Positions 20,679 through 31,298 are shown, counted from the first letter of the stretch. The stretch: 64,000 nt of DNA from Spirochaetia bacterium (GCA_963675665.1 OY776510.1:3968001-4032000), one strand, 5' to 3'. The notes: a model not told the origin generated them from the sequence alone. Translations and numbers: made by a program.

Positions 20679-21914
20679 TTAAAAAAATTCCTTCATCCAG
20701 TTCCTGAAACGGTTTCCGATGCTTTTTCCGGACCTTTTTGCAGCAGACTGGATATCATTTCCATGCGATGAAATTTCATTTCCGTATATCACAAGCCCTA
20801 CCGCCGTTGCATACATGGGATTCCTGTATTCGGGAACAAGTCCGCCCAGCTCAAACGGGTACCCGATTCTGGCCGGAACTCCGAAGATTTCCTTTGCCAG
20901 TTCTGCTGCGCCTGGCATCATCGAACCGCCGCCGGTAAGAACGACGCCTCCGCGAAGGTGATTCAGGTATCCTTTTTTCATCATCTTTTCACGTATCAGC
21001 GCAAAGGTTTCAGCCATTCGTGGCTGAATAATCTTGCTGAGTTCGGTCCGCGGTATTGAAGCTGTAGGCCATCCGCCGACTCCCGGCAGAAGAATCTCTT
21101 CGGACGGATCAACAAGAGGCATGTAACAGCATCCGGATTGTATTTTCAGTTTTTCCGCAAATTCAACCGGTGTTTTCAGCACAATCGAAATATCGCTGGT
21201 AACCTGCTGCCCGCCGACCGCCACAACATCCGTATAATGAGGAGACCCCCCTACAAACAGAAGAGCATCCGTCGTGCCGCCGCCGAGATCAATCATCAGC
21301 ACGCCGAGTTCCTTTTCCTCATTCGACAGAACAGCTCTTGACGACGCTATTGACTCGAGGACTATATCTTCAACCCTGAATCCGGCACGGTTAACGCATT
21401 TAAGGAGATTCTGGGCGGAGGTTACGGACCCCGTGATTATATGAACCTCGGCTTCAAGCCGGATACCGATCATGTCAAGCGGATTTTTTATTCCGCCCTG
21501 GTCGTCAACTATGAATTCCTGGGGAACTACATGAAGAACTTCGCGGTCCATCGGAATAACCACAGCCCTGGCTGCATCAATTACCCTCCGGATATCTTCT
21601 TCGTTGATCTCGCGGTCGCGACCGGAAACGGCAACGACACCCCTTGAGTTGATTCCTTCAACATGTGCGCCGGCAATTCCCGTTATTACGGACCCCACCT
21701 CGCGACCCGACATCATCTCGGCGGCCTCGATTGCTTTGGTAACAGCCTTAAGGGTTGATTCAATATTGATAACAACGCCTTTGCGCAACCCATCGGACGC
21801 AGCTGTACCGATACCGACAATTTCAATTCTGCCGGTCTCATTCAGCTCACCTATAACGGCGCACACTTTGGTAGTGCCTATATCCAATCCGACAATCAAA
21901 TCATCTACCGGCAA
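20679..21914 (-). CDS. ftsA: Cell division protein FtsA
   Basis: GLDIGTTKV, DLGGGTTD, VLTGGG, YATAVGL and amphipathic C-terminus WMKEFF. Confidence 0.97.
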   Translation of the reverse strand: MPVDDLIVGLDIGTTKVCAVIGELNETGRIEIVGIGTAASDGLRKGVVINIESTLKAVTKAIEAAEMMSGREVGSVITGIAGAHVEGINSRGVVAVSGRDREINEEDIRRVIDAARAVVIPMDREVLHVVPQEFIVDDQGGIKNPLDMIGIRLEAEVHIITGSVTSAQNLLKCVNRAGFRVEDIVLESIASSRAVLSNEEKELGVLMIDLGGGTTDALLFVGGSPHYTDVVAVGGQQVTSDISIVLKTPVEFAEKLKIQSGCCYMPLVDPSEEILLPGVGGWPTASIPRTELSKIIQPRMAETFALIREKMMKKGYLNHLRGGVVLTGGGSMMPGAAELAKEIFGVPARIGYPFELGGLVPEYRNPMYATAVGLVIYGNEISSHGNDIQSAAKRSGKSIGNRFRNWMKEFF

Positions 21915-21916
21915 GA

Positions 21917-22819
21917 TTATTCCTCCCTGATCCTGTATACAACTTCATCTGTTCTGAAATCAAGTTCTTCAAGATAACCGGATATTCCCTGCTGTTTTAC
22001 GACATCCAGAACAAGCATTATGTAACTTAAGGTTTCACTGTCTATTCTGCTGCCTATCCTTACAGGAATATTATAATTCTGAGGATACAGCAAAACTTCA
22101 AAATCGTCACTGGTTTTTCTGATAATTCTGAATTCCGATAAGCTGTTAAAAAAGGCCGGGGATTCTTTCCGCAGCGATTCAAGACTTTTCAGAAAACCTG
22201 TCACAGGCGACGGCATAACCGAGCCGAGCCGTGCGTCATCAATTCTCACTCCCGACATTACCGGCAGATTCAGTTCGTTAACGGATTTGCCGAGCTGGAA
22301 TATAACCCCTTTTGAGTCGACTGCAACAGGTATTAACCTGTCGCCGCTTTCAACAAGGCACACCGCCAGCGGGCGTCTTCCTTCGATATGAATATTCAAT
22401 GTGTCGGGAAATTTCTTTTCAACGGAGGCGGAAGCAATCTGCGGAAACCGCTCAAGCCTAAGCTCGACCTGGGCAGTATCAAGCGCAAAAAACGACACCC
22501 CTTTCCCGATACCGGCCATTTCAAGCAGTTTATCATCCTGGATTGATAAACCTGCGCCGGATTCTATAACGATTTTTTCAATATTAATATTTCGTGCAAA
22601 GTAAAGGTGATAAAGCACCTGAACAAAAATAACAAAAAGAAGCACGGCTATAATTATTTTGAATGCTTTTACTGTTTTTACCCTGCGGTCCTGAGCAAGA
22701 GTGTCCTTTTCCAGCCTGTCAGCCTTTGTGAAGATAGTATTTTCAGAGTTGTTATAATCATAAAAAGCGGTTTCGGGGTAATCATATTCCCTGCTGCTGA
22801 ACTGATGAACCTGACTCAT
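21917..22819 (-). CDS. ftsQ: Cell division protein FtsQ/DivIB
   Basis: One TM, POTRA-like segment ending KKFPDTLNIHIEGR, C-terminal LDFR; between ftsW and ftsA. Confidence 0.88.
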   Translation of the reverse strand: MSQVHQFSSREYDYPETAFYDYNNSENTIFTKADRLEKDTLAQDRRVKTVKAFKIIIAVLLFVIFVQVLYHLYFARNINIEKIVIESGAGLSIQDDKLLEMAGIGKGVSFFALDTAQVELRLERFPQIASASVEKKFPDTLNIHIEGRRPLAVCLVESGDRLIPVAVDSKGVIFQLGKSVNELNLPVMSGVRIDDARLGSVMPSPVTGFLKSLESLRKESPAFFNSLSEFRIIRKTSDDFEVLLYPQNYNIPVRIGSRIDSETLSYIMLVLDVVKQQGISGYLEELDFRTDEVVYRIREE

Positions 22820-22821
22820 TA

Positions 22822-23952
22822 TTATATTATCTCCTCATTCTGTCTTCTGGTTACACCCAGAAGGAATCCGCACATTATAAAAGATACCATCAGTGAAGAA
22901 CCGCCTGATGAAAAAAACGGCAAAGGAATCCCGGTGGCCGGAACCAGCCCGGACACAACAGCCAGATTAAACAAAGCCTGGTACAGTATGCAGCTTGTCA
23001 AACCGAAACTTAACAGGAAATCATACCGGGTTCCGCTTCTGTATCCCCTGAGAAACCCCCTTGCCCCGAAACCGAGGAAAAGCGCAATTATACAAATCAC
23101 GCCGATAAACCCGATTTCTTCCGCTGTTGATGCAAATATAAAATCGGAATGAACTTCGGGGAGGCCGCCAAGCTTTTTAAGACCGTTACCAAGTCCCTGC
23201 CCCCATAATCCGCCGTTTTTCAGGGCCGATTGCGCTGCAATAACCTGATAGCCGGAACCTACAGGGTCAGTTTCAGGATTAATAAAGGCAATAAGCCTTT
23301 CAACCCTGTGCGGTTTGGTAAAAAGCATAATCAGCGAGATTGGAACTGCCGCCATCAGCAGGTAAACAAAATGCAGAACGGGAACTCCAGCCATAAAGAA
23401 AACCGAGAGGCCGATGATCAGTATGAATACGGCTGATGAAAAATCGTTTTGGAGCATTACAAGGCCTATAACAATACCAAGGATAATAAGCGGGGGTACC
23501 ACCGCATTACCCAGCTCATGCATCCGATCCTGTTTTTTATCGAATATATTGGCCAGATACAGGACAATTGCCAGTTTCGCCAGTTCGGAAGGCTGAAATG
23601 AATAACCGAACAGAAATATCCATCTCCGTGCACCAAGGATTTCCTTGCTTAACCCGGGCATGAAAGTGAGCAGGATCAGTGCAATACTTCCAAGAAGAAA
23701 CAAGGGCGTATATCGTCTTATAAAATCTACAGGAATCTTGTATGCCGCAAACCCCAGCAAAACACCTACAGCGCCGAGAATAACCTGTTTTCTTATAAAG
23801 AGGAAACTGTCGTTAAAATACTTCCCGGCATAATGATATGATGCGGAAAAAAGAGCAGAGAACCCGCAGCCGGCGAGAAGTACTATTATCATGAGAAGTA
23901 TAAAATCGCTTTGTGCTCCCGGAGCTTTTTCCAGTTGGAATCTGCCGTTCAT
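22822..23952 (-). CDS. ftsW: SEDS peptidoglycan glycosyltransferase FtsW
   Basis: GARRW, FQPSELAK, LPEVHSDFIF, TGIPLPFFSSGGSS. Confidence 0.95.
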   Translation of the reverse strand: MNGRFQLEKAPGAQSDFILLMIIVLLAGCGFSALFSASYHYAGKYFNDSFLFIRKQVILGAVGVLLGFAAYKIPVDFIRRYTPLFLLGSIALILLTFMPGLSKEILGARRWIFLFGYSFQPSELAKLAIVLYLANIFDKKQDRMHELGNAVVPPLIILGIVIGLVMLQNDFSSAVFILIIGLSVFFMAGVPVLHFVYLLMAAVPISLIMLFTKPHRVERLIAFINPETDPVGSGYQVIAAQSALKNGGLWGQGLGNGLKKLGGLPEVHSDFIFASTAEEIGFIGVICIIALFLGFGARGFLRGYRSGTRYDFLLSFGLTSCILYQALFNLAVVSGLVPATGIPLPFFSSGGSSLMVSFIMCGFLLGVTRRQNEEII

Positions 23953-23968
23953 ACCGTCCTTTCCGAAA

Positions 23969-25048
23969 CTACTGAATCTTTAATGTCGAAAGAGCAAGAA
24001 TCGCAAACATCCCGCCCATAATCCAGAATCTTATTACAACCTTTGTCTCAGCCCAGCCTTTCAGCTCAAAATGGTGATGCAAAGGCGCCATTTTAAAAAC
24101 CCTTCTCCCTGTAATCTTGAACGATAAAACCTGGATAACAACCGACAGGGCTTCAAGAACAAAAACACCGCCGATAATCACAAGAAGAATTTCTTTTTTT
24201 ATCATTAATGAAACAACACCCAGCACGCCTCCCAGCGCAAGCGAACCGGTATCTCCCATAAACACTTCGGCCGGGTGAGAATTAAACCATAAAAAACCAA
24301 CTGCTGCGCCCACGAGAGCAAAGCAAAAAACGGGCAGCTCGCTGCTTTCAGGCAGATACGGTATCTGAAGGTATTCTGCATAATCTGCGCGGCCTGTAAT
24401 ATAGGTCAATATGGCAAATGCAATTCCGGCCATTATCACCAGCCCTATTGCAAGTCCGTCAAGACCGTCGGTCAGGTTAACAGCATTTGTCCATGAAACA
24501 AGGACAAATACCCCGAAGGGTATATAAAGCACCCCCAAATCAAGCACAGGGTTCTTGAAAAATGGAAGATACAGCAAAGTTGTATGCTCATTGCCGTTAA
24601 AATAAATAAACAGTACAATTATAAGCGATATTGTAATCTGACCTATTATTTTAAACCTCGCATGAAGCCCTTCCGTGCTTTTCCGGGTTATCTTCAGATA
24701 ATCGTCTAGAAACCCGACAATTCCAAACCCGAGAAGAGAAACAACTCCTATCCATACGTACGGATTGCTGAAATCCTGCCAGAGAAGACAGGAAACAAGA
24801 ACTGCAAGAATCATTATAATTCCGCCCATCGTCGGGGTCCCGGTTTTATACATATGACTCTGCGGCCCGTCGCTTCTGACCATCTGCCCCAGTTTAAATT
24901 TCTTCAGCGCCTTAATGATTTTCGGGCCCAGAAGAAAAGATATAAATAAAGCTGTAACCGCTGCATAAGCTGCACGAAAAGTAATATACTGAAATATGTT
25001 AAAAGCGGAAAAATATTCCACCAGCGGATATAGCAGTTCTTTTAGCAT
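23969..25048 (-). CDS. mraY: Phospho-N-acetylmuramoyl-pentapeptide transferase
   Basis: KTGTPTMGG, NAVNLTDGLDGL, FMGDTGS, MAPLHHHFE. Confidence 0.97.
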   Translation of the reverse strand: MLKELLYPLVEYFSAFNIFQYITFRAAYAAVTALFISFLLGPKIIKALKKFKLGQMVRSDGPQSHMYKTGTPTMGGIIMILAVLVSCLLWQDFSNPYVWIGVVSLLGFGIVGFLDDYLKITRKSTEGLHARFKIIGQITISLIIVLFIYFNGNEHTTLLYLPFFKNPVLDLGVLYIPFGVFVLVSWTNAVNLTDGLDGLAIGLVIMAGIAFAILTYITGRADYAEYLQIPYLPESSELPVFCFALVGAAVGFLWFNSHPAEVFMGDTGSLALGGVLGVVSLMIKKEILLVIIGGVFVLEALSVVIQVLSFKITGRRVFKMAPLHHHFELKGWAETKVVIRFWIMGGMFAILALSTLKIQ

Positions 25049-26469
25049 TTCTCCTCCACAAATATATTGGCTACAGGCTCAAGCAAACGCTCCAGGTTCA
25101 TTGACCTTGAACCTTTAATTAAAAGCAAATCACCCCTTTGCAGCCCGGAAAGAACATTTTTTTCAAGTTCAGAATATTCAGACGTATAATACAGCTCCGG
25201 ACCTGCATTCTTTACAAGCGATGCAGCTTCCCGGTATGCTTCGGCAGAATCTTCACCGAAAAAGAAAACCTTATCAGCTGAGCTTGCTGCTGCAGTGCGT
25301 CCGGCTTCAGTATGTATATCCCTGCTGTTTTCTCCAAGCTCTTTCATGTCACCCAGGACATAGATTTTTGAGCCGTCCCATTCAAGACTGTCGGCAAATT
25401 TTACTGATTGATTCAGAGAATCGGCATTTGCGTTATAACAATCCTGGATAATCGTAACCGGCCCGTTTATAATCTGGCTTCTGCCGGACAGCGGAACAGC
25501 CTTTTCAAGGCCTGCTTTCAGCTGCTCACTGGATAAACCGGCATAACGCCCGACAGCACACGCTCCGAAAGCATTTTTAAGATTATGGATACCGATTAGA
25601 GGAAATTTTATTTCCACATCATCAAAACTGATAACCCATCCTTCCAGTCCGCAGTCTTTACATTGAAGATTTTCTGATTCGGACTTAAAACTCTTAAACC
25701 CGTAGCTGATTGTAGTGCCGCTATGGCCTTCACCTAGAAACGAACCGAAAGATTCTTCCTCATCTACAAACAAAACTCCCTGTTTTGCAAACAGGGAAAC
25801 CGAACGGCGTTTTTCATAGGCCGTTTTTTCGATATTTTTAAAGATACCGATATGGGCGGTCCCGATATTGGTAATGACAACCATATCGGGACGGAGTATT
25901 TCAGCGAGTACATCCATTTCACCCACACGGTTAATACCCATTTCAATCACCGCATATTCATGCGTGTTTTTTATGTTAAAAACCGTTAACGGAAGTCCTA
26001 TTTCCGAATTATAATTCCCACCGGTTTTTACAACATTATACTTTTCGCCCAGTACGGCAGCGATAAGTTCTTTGGTCGTCGTCTTGCCGCTGCTTCCGGT
26101 GACGCCGATTCTGACCGGACCGGTTATTCTTTTCATATACCCGGAAGCTATCTGCTGCAAGGCAGAAAGCGGATCTTCTGCTGCAATAATAAACCTTTCC
26201 GCCGGAACAGGTTTCACCTCCGCCTTATGCAAAGAGTACCATTCTGCAGAAACAGCAGCTCCGCAGGCTCCGTTATCAAATGCCGCCTGCAGAAAATCAT
26301 GTCCATCTACATTTTCTCCTTTCAGAGCAATAAACAGGCTGCCTTCAGTACATTTTCTCGAATCCACCTCAACTGAAAACACCCGGATTTCAGGATTACC
26401 AAGAATTTCGCCCCCGGACCATCCGATCGCATCATTTGCTGTAAAAAGAACAGCCGAATTAACCATCAT
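25042..26469 (-). CDS. murF: UDP-MurNAc-tripeptide--D-Ala-D-Ala ligase
   Basis: DGHDF, GVTGSSGKTTTKE, NSEIGLPLT, DCYNAN, LGDMKELG, KGSR. Confidence 0.95.
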   Translation of the reverse strand: MMVNSAVLFTANDAIGWSGGEILGNPEIRVFSVEVDSRKCTEGSLFIALKGENVDGHDFLQAAFDNGACGAAVSAEWYSLHKAEVKPVPAERFIIAAEDPLSALQQIASGYMKRITGPVRIGVTGSSGKTTTKELIAAVLGEKYNVVKTGGNYNSEIGLPLTVFNIKNTHEYAVIEMGINRVGEMDVLAEILRPDMVVITNIGTAHIGIFKNIEKTAYEKRRSVSLFAKQGVLFVDEEESFGSFLGEGHSGTTISYGFKSFKSESENLQCKDCGLEGWVISFDDVEIKFPLIGIHNLKNAFGACAVGRYAGLSSEQLKAGLEKAVPLSGRSQIINGPVTIIQDCYNANADSLNQSVKFADSLEWDGSKIYVLGDMKELGENSRDIHTEAGRTAAASSADKVFFFGEDSAEAYREAASLVKNAGPELYYTSEYSELEKNVLSGLQRGDLLLIKGSRSMNLERLLEPVANIFVEEKC

Positions 26470-26749
26470 TTCTGCCCTTTCCCGTTTTCAGTTCAATTCT
26501 CAGAATACTGTCGGGATCTATCTTCTTTAATCCGAGATCTTCTTCGGCAATTTTGTTTATTCTGAAAGGAGATTTTAAAAACTCAATCCCCATGACAATC
26601 TTCTTGTTTTTTTCGAATACATCTTTCTGGATCTGCTCAAGTTCGGAAACCTCCCTGCTCAGCATATCGTAACGGTATGACTGAAATACGGATAAAAAAA
26701 GGAGAACAGGAATAGATATAACAAGTAATGCAGCAAGCTTCTTTTTCAA
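26459..26749 (-). CDS. ftsL: Cell division protein FtsL (septum formation initiator)
   Basis: Short TM plus coiled coil ending LKSPFRINKIAEEDLGL; directly after rsmH. Confidence 0.78.
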   Translation of the reverse strand: MKKKLAALLVISIPVLLFLSVFQSYRYDMLSREVSELEQIQKDVFEKNKKIVMGIEFLKSPFRINKIAEEDLGLKKIDPDSILRIELKTGKGRNDG

Positions 26750-26752
26750 AAC

Positions 26753-27700
26753 TTAAAATTCCTCATCTGAAATCTTTTTAACGACCCTCAGCTTTGAACT
26801 CCGGGAAGGAGGATTGTCCTTCACCTCCAGCTCCGCAGGCACAACAGGCTTTTTGGTTATAATCTCAACTATTTTCCTGCCGTTACAATTACATATCGGC
26901 TGTTCAGGAGGGCAGATACAGGCCTTATTCATATCCCTGAAGAAGTGCTTTACTTTTCGGTCCTCGAGGGAATGGAATGTAATAACTCCCATTCTTCCGC
27001 CGGGCTTAAGAACCCGGAGAGCATTGGCAAGTACCGAGTCAAGCCTTGCAAGTTCGCCGTTAACTGCTATGCGAAGGGCCTGAAAGGTTCTTGTAGCCGG
27101 ATGTATCCTGCCGTGACGGTAGTCTGCAGGCGAAGACTTGAAAATCACTTCAGCAAGCTGCACTGTAGTCTCAATTCGCCCGTTTTTTCGTTCGGCAACA
27201 ACGGCTCTCGCAAAACGTCTTGAAAGCCGCTCTTCGCCGAACTGGTAGATAAGGTCTGCAATTTCATTCTCCGGATATTCATTTATAATATCCGCTGCAG
27301 ATATTTCCAGTTCCGGCGAAAGCCTCATATCGAGCGGTTCGTCTCTGAGAAAAGAGAATCCCCTGCCCGATTTCTCGTAATGAAAAATTGAAATCCCGAG
27401 ATCAAAAAGGATGAGGTCGGGTCGTTCATCTCCCAGAGGATACTGCTTAAAAAACTGGTTGAACCACTGATTAAAAAACCTGACCCTTCCCCCAAAGGGT
27501 TCAAGCCGCTGTTTCGCAACAGCCATTATGTTTTCATCAGCATCCAGACCCGCCACATTAATCCAGGGGCATCTTGAAAGAAAGAGCTCCGAGTGTCCCC
27601 CTTCGCCCTGGGTACAGTCTATAAGAAGCTTTTCATCTTTCTTCGGCTCCAGATAACTGTACACCTCTTCTTTCAGCACTGAATAATGTGCAATATCCAT
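26753..27700 (-). CDS. rsmH: 16S rRNA m4C1402 methyltransferase RsmH (MraW)
   Basis: HYSVL, DLGIS, RGFSF, PLDMR, HPATRTFQALRIAVN, ITFHSLEDR. Confidence 0.97.
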   Translation of the reverse strand: MDIAHYSVLKEEVYSYLEPKKDEKLLIDCTQGEGGHSELFLSRCPWINVAGLDADENIMAVAKQRLEPFGGRVRFFNQWFNQFFKQYPLGDERPDLILFDLGISIFHYEKSGRGFSFLRDEPLDMRLSPELEISAADIINEYPENEIADLIYQFGEERLSRRFARAVVAERKNGRIETTVQLAEVIFKSSPADYRHGRIHPATRTFQALRIAVNGELARLDSVLANALRVLKPGGRMGVITFHSLEDRKVKHFFRDMNKACICPPEQPICNCNGRKIVEIITKKPVVPAELEVKDNPPSRSSKLRVVKKISDEEF

Positions 27701-27724
27701 GAACGACCCTTTTCCCGGCTATGC

Positions 27725-28165
27725 TCAGATATTCAGAAGATCACCGAGATCTTCTGCTGCAGCCAGAAAATCCTCCTCACTTTCATTAAGATACTTGTCA
27801 TATTCCGACTCGTCCCAGATCTCCATATACTTCTCCATGGCAAGAAGAACTACTTCCTTGCTCAGGCCGGCAGACTCTCTTAAAGTCGGAGGTATATTTA
27901 TCCGTCCGGATTTGTCGATCTCGCATTCCTGCGCCGGCGCAATTATGCGTCTCTGCAGCAGCCTTGTTTTTGATTTAAACACGGAAGAGGAATCAAGTAT
28001 AAGTGAAGCTATTCTCTTCCATTCATCAGGAGTGTACACCCACAGGCATTTATCAATCCCGCGGGTCAGTACAAGCTGATTTCCCGGGATTAAATTTCTC
28101 ACACGTGAGGGGACTAACATGCGGCCTTTTTCATCCAGATTGTTCCTGTATTCGCCGGTAATCAT
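27725..28165 (-). CDS. mraZ: Transcriptional regulator MraZ
   Basis: Two DxxGR motifs (LDEKGR, IDKSGR) and EIWD. Confidence 0.96.
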   Translation of the reverse strand: MITGEYRNNLDEKGRMLVPSRVRNLIPGNQLVLTRGIDKCLWVYTPDEWKRIASLILDSSSVFKSKTRLLQRRIIAPAQECEIDKSGRINIPPTLRESAGLSKEVVLLAMEKYMEIWDESEYDKYLNESEEDFLAAAEDLGDLLNI

Positions 28166-28170
28166 ATTAA

Positions 28171-28210
28171 TCCCACTTACTCCTAATTTCTCCCACTTTT
28201 TACCACCTAT
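28171..28210 (-). promoter_or_regulatory. MraZ-binding direct repeats
   Basis: Minus strand has GTGGTA / GTGGGA / TTAGGA / GTGGGA at exact 10-bp spacing immediately before the mraZ ATG. Confidence 0.8.
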
Positions 28211-28345
28211 TTGATATCTTAAACCATGAAATTCCTTTTATAAACCTTTATTTAAATAAATTAAAGAAAAACTGAAAATATTCCGATAATACAACTTAAC
28301 TTTTGTTTAGTAGCTTTTTTCATGTTAAAGCGGTAAATATACTGT

Positions 28346-28639
28346 ATGTCTATCTATCGAGTACATTTCAAATGGAAGGATAAAGAACTCCAGCTTAAGG
28401 CAGCCAGCCTGGACCTGACTCATCCTTACTTTGTTTCCATAAAAGACCTGATTTTGGGAAAAGAATCAAAACTGATTATCGATCCCTCTGAAGACGAGGT
28501 CAGAAGATTGTTCGGCAAGGCGGAACATCTTATGATTCCGTTTCAGACAGTATCTTTAATAGAAGAGTTTAAGGATAATGCTTTTGACAATCCCCGCGTA
28601 ATGGATTTTAAACTTTTCGAAGAAGAAAAAAATCAGTGA
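28346..28639 (+). CDS. DUF1820-like protein
   Basis: IYRVHF N-terminus and IIDPSEDEVRRLF...IP motif resembling DUF1820. Confidence 0.6.
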   Translation: MSIYRVHFKWKDKELQLKAASLDLTHPYFVSIKDLILGKESKLIIDPSEDEVRRLFGKAEHLMIPFQTVSLIEEFKDNAFDNPRVMDFKLFEEEKNQ

Positions 28640-28875
28640 CATGGGACACACGCGTTATCGTATACCCTGAGGGAGACTGTATCGAAATCAGGCGCGATTT
28701 AAAAATAAATGAACTGGTCGATTTAAACGGGAACCCTGTAAGGCTTCCACTCCCGACCCACAGAATGATTGTTTACAGGGTTTACCGGAAGACGACATCC
28801 GACACCAACAACGGCCCGGTAATAAAATATCACCTTGAACAGCTGCCCGCGTCCGAAACAATAAATCTTGTCTGA
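28636..28875 (+). CDS. Small hypothetical protein
   Basis: 79-aa ORF coupled to the upstream gene by a GTGA overlap; protein-like composition. Confidence 0.6.
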   Translation: MTWDTRVIVYPEGDCIEIRRDLKINELVDLNGNPVRLPLPTHRMIVYRVYRKTTSDTNNGPVIKYHLEQLPASETINLV

Positions 28876-28908
28876 GTTTTTTTCCGAATCCGGCGTTAAT
28901 GCAGCCTG

Positions 28909-30507
28909 TTATTCCGCAGCACTATGTTCGCCGAATATCCGGTAATCAAGATCCGGGAATATTTTATTTTCCTTCTCAATCCTGGTCAGCCATTCCGTAT
29001 TTACCGTATTCCGGCAAAGATTATCGTAAATCTTGTTAAAATTATGCAGATGCCTTTTTACCCGCATCTTTGCATAATCAGCATTCAGACATGTTTTCAT
29101 AATAAACGGCCAGTCGGACGCCTGTGACAACAGGACTTCGCGTGCAGCCTGATCAAGCACGCGCTTTTTTAATCCCGATTCATCCGGAAAACGGGTAACA
29201 AGTTCCTGCATCCGTTCGGATGCCTTGTGAAGATGTCTGTAGATCCAGTCATTTGCTCCTCCAAGCCATACCGAAGCATATCCTTTATTACCCCAGCTGG
29301 AAAATATCGGTTCAACCTTTTCATTGTCTTTATATTCATCAACATACTCGGAAGGACTGATCATCTCGACGTCTTCCGATTCAGCCGCCATCCTGATAAC
29401 ATGCTCAAACCAGACAATTCCTTCGTACCACCATTTACCGAATATCTCGGTATCATAGGGACAGATAATAATAGGCGGACGATCCATCAGTTTATTCAGT
29501 TTGGCAACCTGGTTAACCCGCTGATAGATAAAATTTTCGGCATGCTCAACGGCTTTGGCCCTGGCTTTTTCAGGGTTGTAAAGCTGGCCCTTTTCGCCGC
29601 TGCTCAGCCTGTAGTATTTATATCCTGTTGTAATCCTTATCTTTTCATCGAAAATATGCGGGCCGATATACTCAAAAGGCTGGTTAAAACCTATGTCCTG
29701 GGTCCCGTCGCGATAAAGTCTGTCCCCGGGATACCCGTCCTCATTAGACCATACGGACCGTGATGCCGGGATATCACGTGAAAAAGCAAGGATTCCGGCG
29801 TCTGTTTCAACAGGAGCATAAACCCCGTATCTGGACTTTTTACCTGCAAAGAGCTGGCCGTGAGCAGTTATAAAACTGTAATCAATTCCATGCTGCTTCA
29901 TATATTTTCCGAGACCGGGGAAATAACCCAGTTCAGGAATCCACATTCCCCTCGGCGCCTGTCCGAATACACGGCCGTATGAAATTACTGCGGTATGGAT
30001 TTGTGCTTCTATTACCTGCGGTAATTCCTGGTAAAGAGGCAGGAAGGCATGTGTTGCTGCCGTAGTGATTATCTCGATACACCCGGCTTTTTCAAGATGC
30101 TTAAACCCTTTTATCAGGTTTCGTTTATATAATTCTTCAAAATCGGCAAGGCATTTTTCATAATGACTCTTATAAAGTTTCGACAACTTGAGAATATCGG
30201 AGTTTTTACGGTTTCGTTCGATCTCCTTTTCACCGAGAACAATCTTGTCTTTCAGAAAAAGAACAAATCTTTCCTGAAGAAGATCATCAAGAAGCATGGT
30301 AGTAAGTGTGGGAGATAATGAAACCGTTATCCTGTAGGGTACTTTTTCTTCATAAAGTCTGGTCAGTACATCCAGAAGAGGCATATAAGTTTCTGCAAGC
30401 GCATCGAAAAACCAGTTTTCTTCAAGGCATTTCTCTTTTTCGGGATGATGAACATAGGGAAGATGAGAGTGAAGCACAAAACCAAGATATCCTTTATTGA
30501 TGCTCAT
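28909..30507 (-). CDS. GH57 1,4-alpha-glucan branching enzyme (DUF1957 C-terminus)
   Basis: HSHLPYV, ETYMPL, ATHAFLPL, WIPE (nucleophile), PYDTEIFGKWWYEG (acid/base), QASDWPF. Confidence 0.88.
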   Translation of the reverse strand: MSINKGYLGFVLHSHLPYVHHPEKEKCLEENWFFDALAETYMPLLDVLTRLYEEKVPYRITVSLSPTLTTMLLDDLLQERFVLFLKDKIVLGEKEIERNRKNSDILKLSKLYKSHYEKCLADFEELYKRNLIKGFKHLEKAGCIEIITTAATHAFLPLYQELPQVIEAQIHTAVISYGRVFGQAPRGMWIPELGYFPGLGKYMKQHGIDYSFITAHGQLFAGKKSRYGVYAPVETDAGILAFSRDIPASRSVWSNEDGYPGDRLYRDGTQDIGFNQPFEYIGPHIFDEKIRITTGYKYYRLSSGEKGQLYNPEKARAKAVEHAENFIYQRVNQVAKLNKLMDRPPIIICPYDTEIFGKWWYEGIVWFEHVIRMAAESEDVEMISPSEYVDEYKDNEKVEPIFSSWGNKGYASVWLGGANDWIYRHLHKASERMQELVTRFPDESGLKKRVLDQAAREVLLSQASDWPFIMKTCLNADYAKMRVKRHLHNFNKIYDNLCRNTVNTEWLTRIEKENKIFPDLDYRIFGEHSAAE

Positions 30508-30513
30508 AAATCT

Positions 30514-31242
30514 TTACTCCAGAAAATCACTGTCTATCATTGAAATTATACGCTGCGGGATTTTCCCGGCAGCTTCATATTCGCTCAGATCATATACTCC
30601 TGCAACAATCAGCAGATCATTACCTGTGCCCTTAAGTTCTTTCAGATTTTTAAGTTCATCGACTTCCCAGAGAGGACTCTCAACTATATTTGATCTGCAG
30701 AGTATCTTAACCGAAGACTGGCTTTTCAGAATCAGCTCGGCGCAATAAAATATTCCGGTTCGGGGCAGATTGATATACCAGCTGCTGTCGTCTACAGTTA
30801 CAGGGATATCGGAAAAATCAAGAATATTCTTCTTTTCAAATACGGAGGTTTTTAATTCGTAAACCCTCAGGAACAGCTTCCCGTTCAAAGCCCCGTATTT
30901 AAGTGCCGAGATATCGGATTCTTTAATATCCCAGTAAGTATAGGCCCACGCGGGGTCTCTTAAAAGCATAACAATCTTTGTTTCATTGTACCTTTCAGGC
31001 AGCGGATACATATCTTCATCAAAATCGAACTGTTCGTTCAGTGTGATATCGAATTTCCGCTCTTTAATCTGCATGGCAGGATTGTTTGCCAGGGCATTCT
31101 CTGCACGGTCTTCTTCAATTGCATCAAGAATCAGATCGATCAAATCCTGCTTGTCTATGGAATCATTGAAACTTATACCCTCTTTTACTGCAAGATTCCG
31201 TAAAAATTCTTCAGGTAATAACTGCAGCCGTTCCTCTGTCAT
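30514..31242 (-). CDS. DUF4912 domain protein
   Basis: LPERYNETKIVMLLRDPAWAYTYWDI and WYIN...RSN motifs; usual upstream partner of GH57 branching enzymes. Confidence 0.8.
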   Translation of the reverse strand: MTEERLQLLPEEFLRNLAVKEGISFNDSIDKQDLIDLILDAIEEDRAENALANNPAMQIKERKFDITLNEQFDFDEDMYPLPERYNETKIVMLLRDPAWAYTYWDIKESDISALKYGALNGKLFLRVYELKTSVFEKKNILDFSDIPVTVDDSSWYINLPRTGIFYCAELILKSQSSVKILCRSNIVESPLWEVDELKNLKELKGTGNDLLIVAGVYDLSEYEAAGKIPQRIISMIDSDFLE

Positions 31243-31298
31243 CGTACCCCCCGGTGTATCAACTAATCCTAGATAAATGAATATGTTGTGTCAATAGT

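Noticed and set aside
19425-28165. dcw cluster lacking ftsI, murE, murD, murG, murC and ddl
   Set aside because: This reduced order is the known arrangement in Treponema and Borrelia, so it is not novel.
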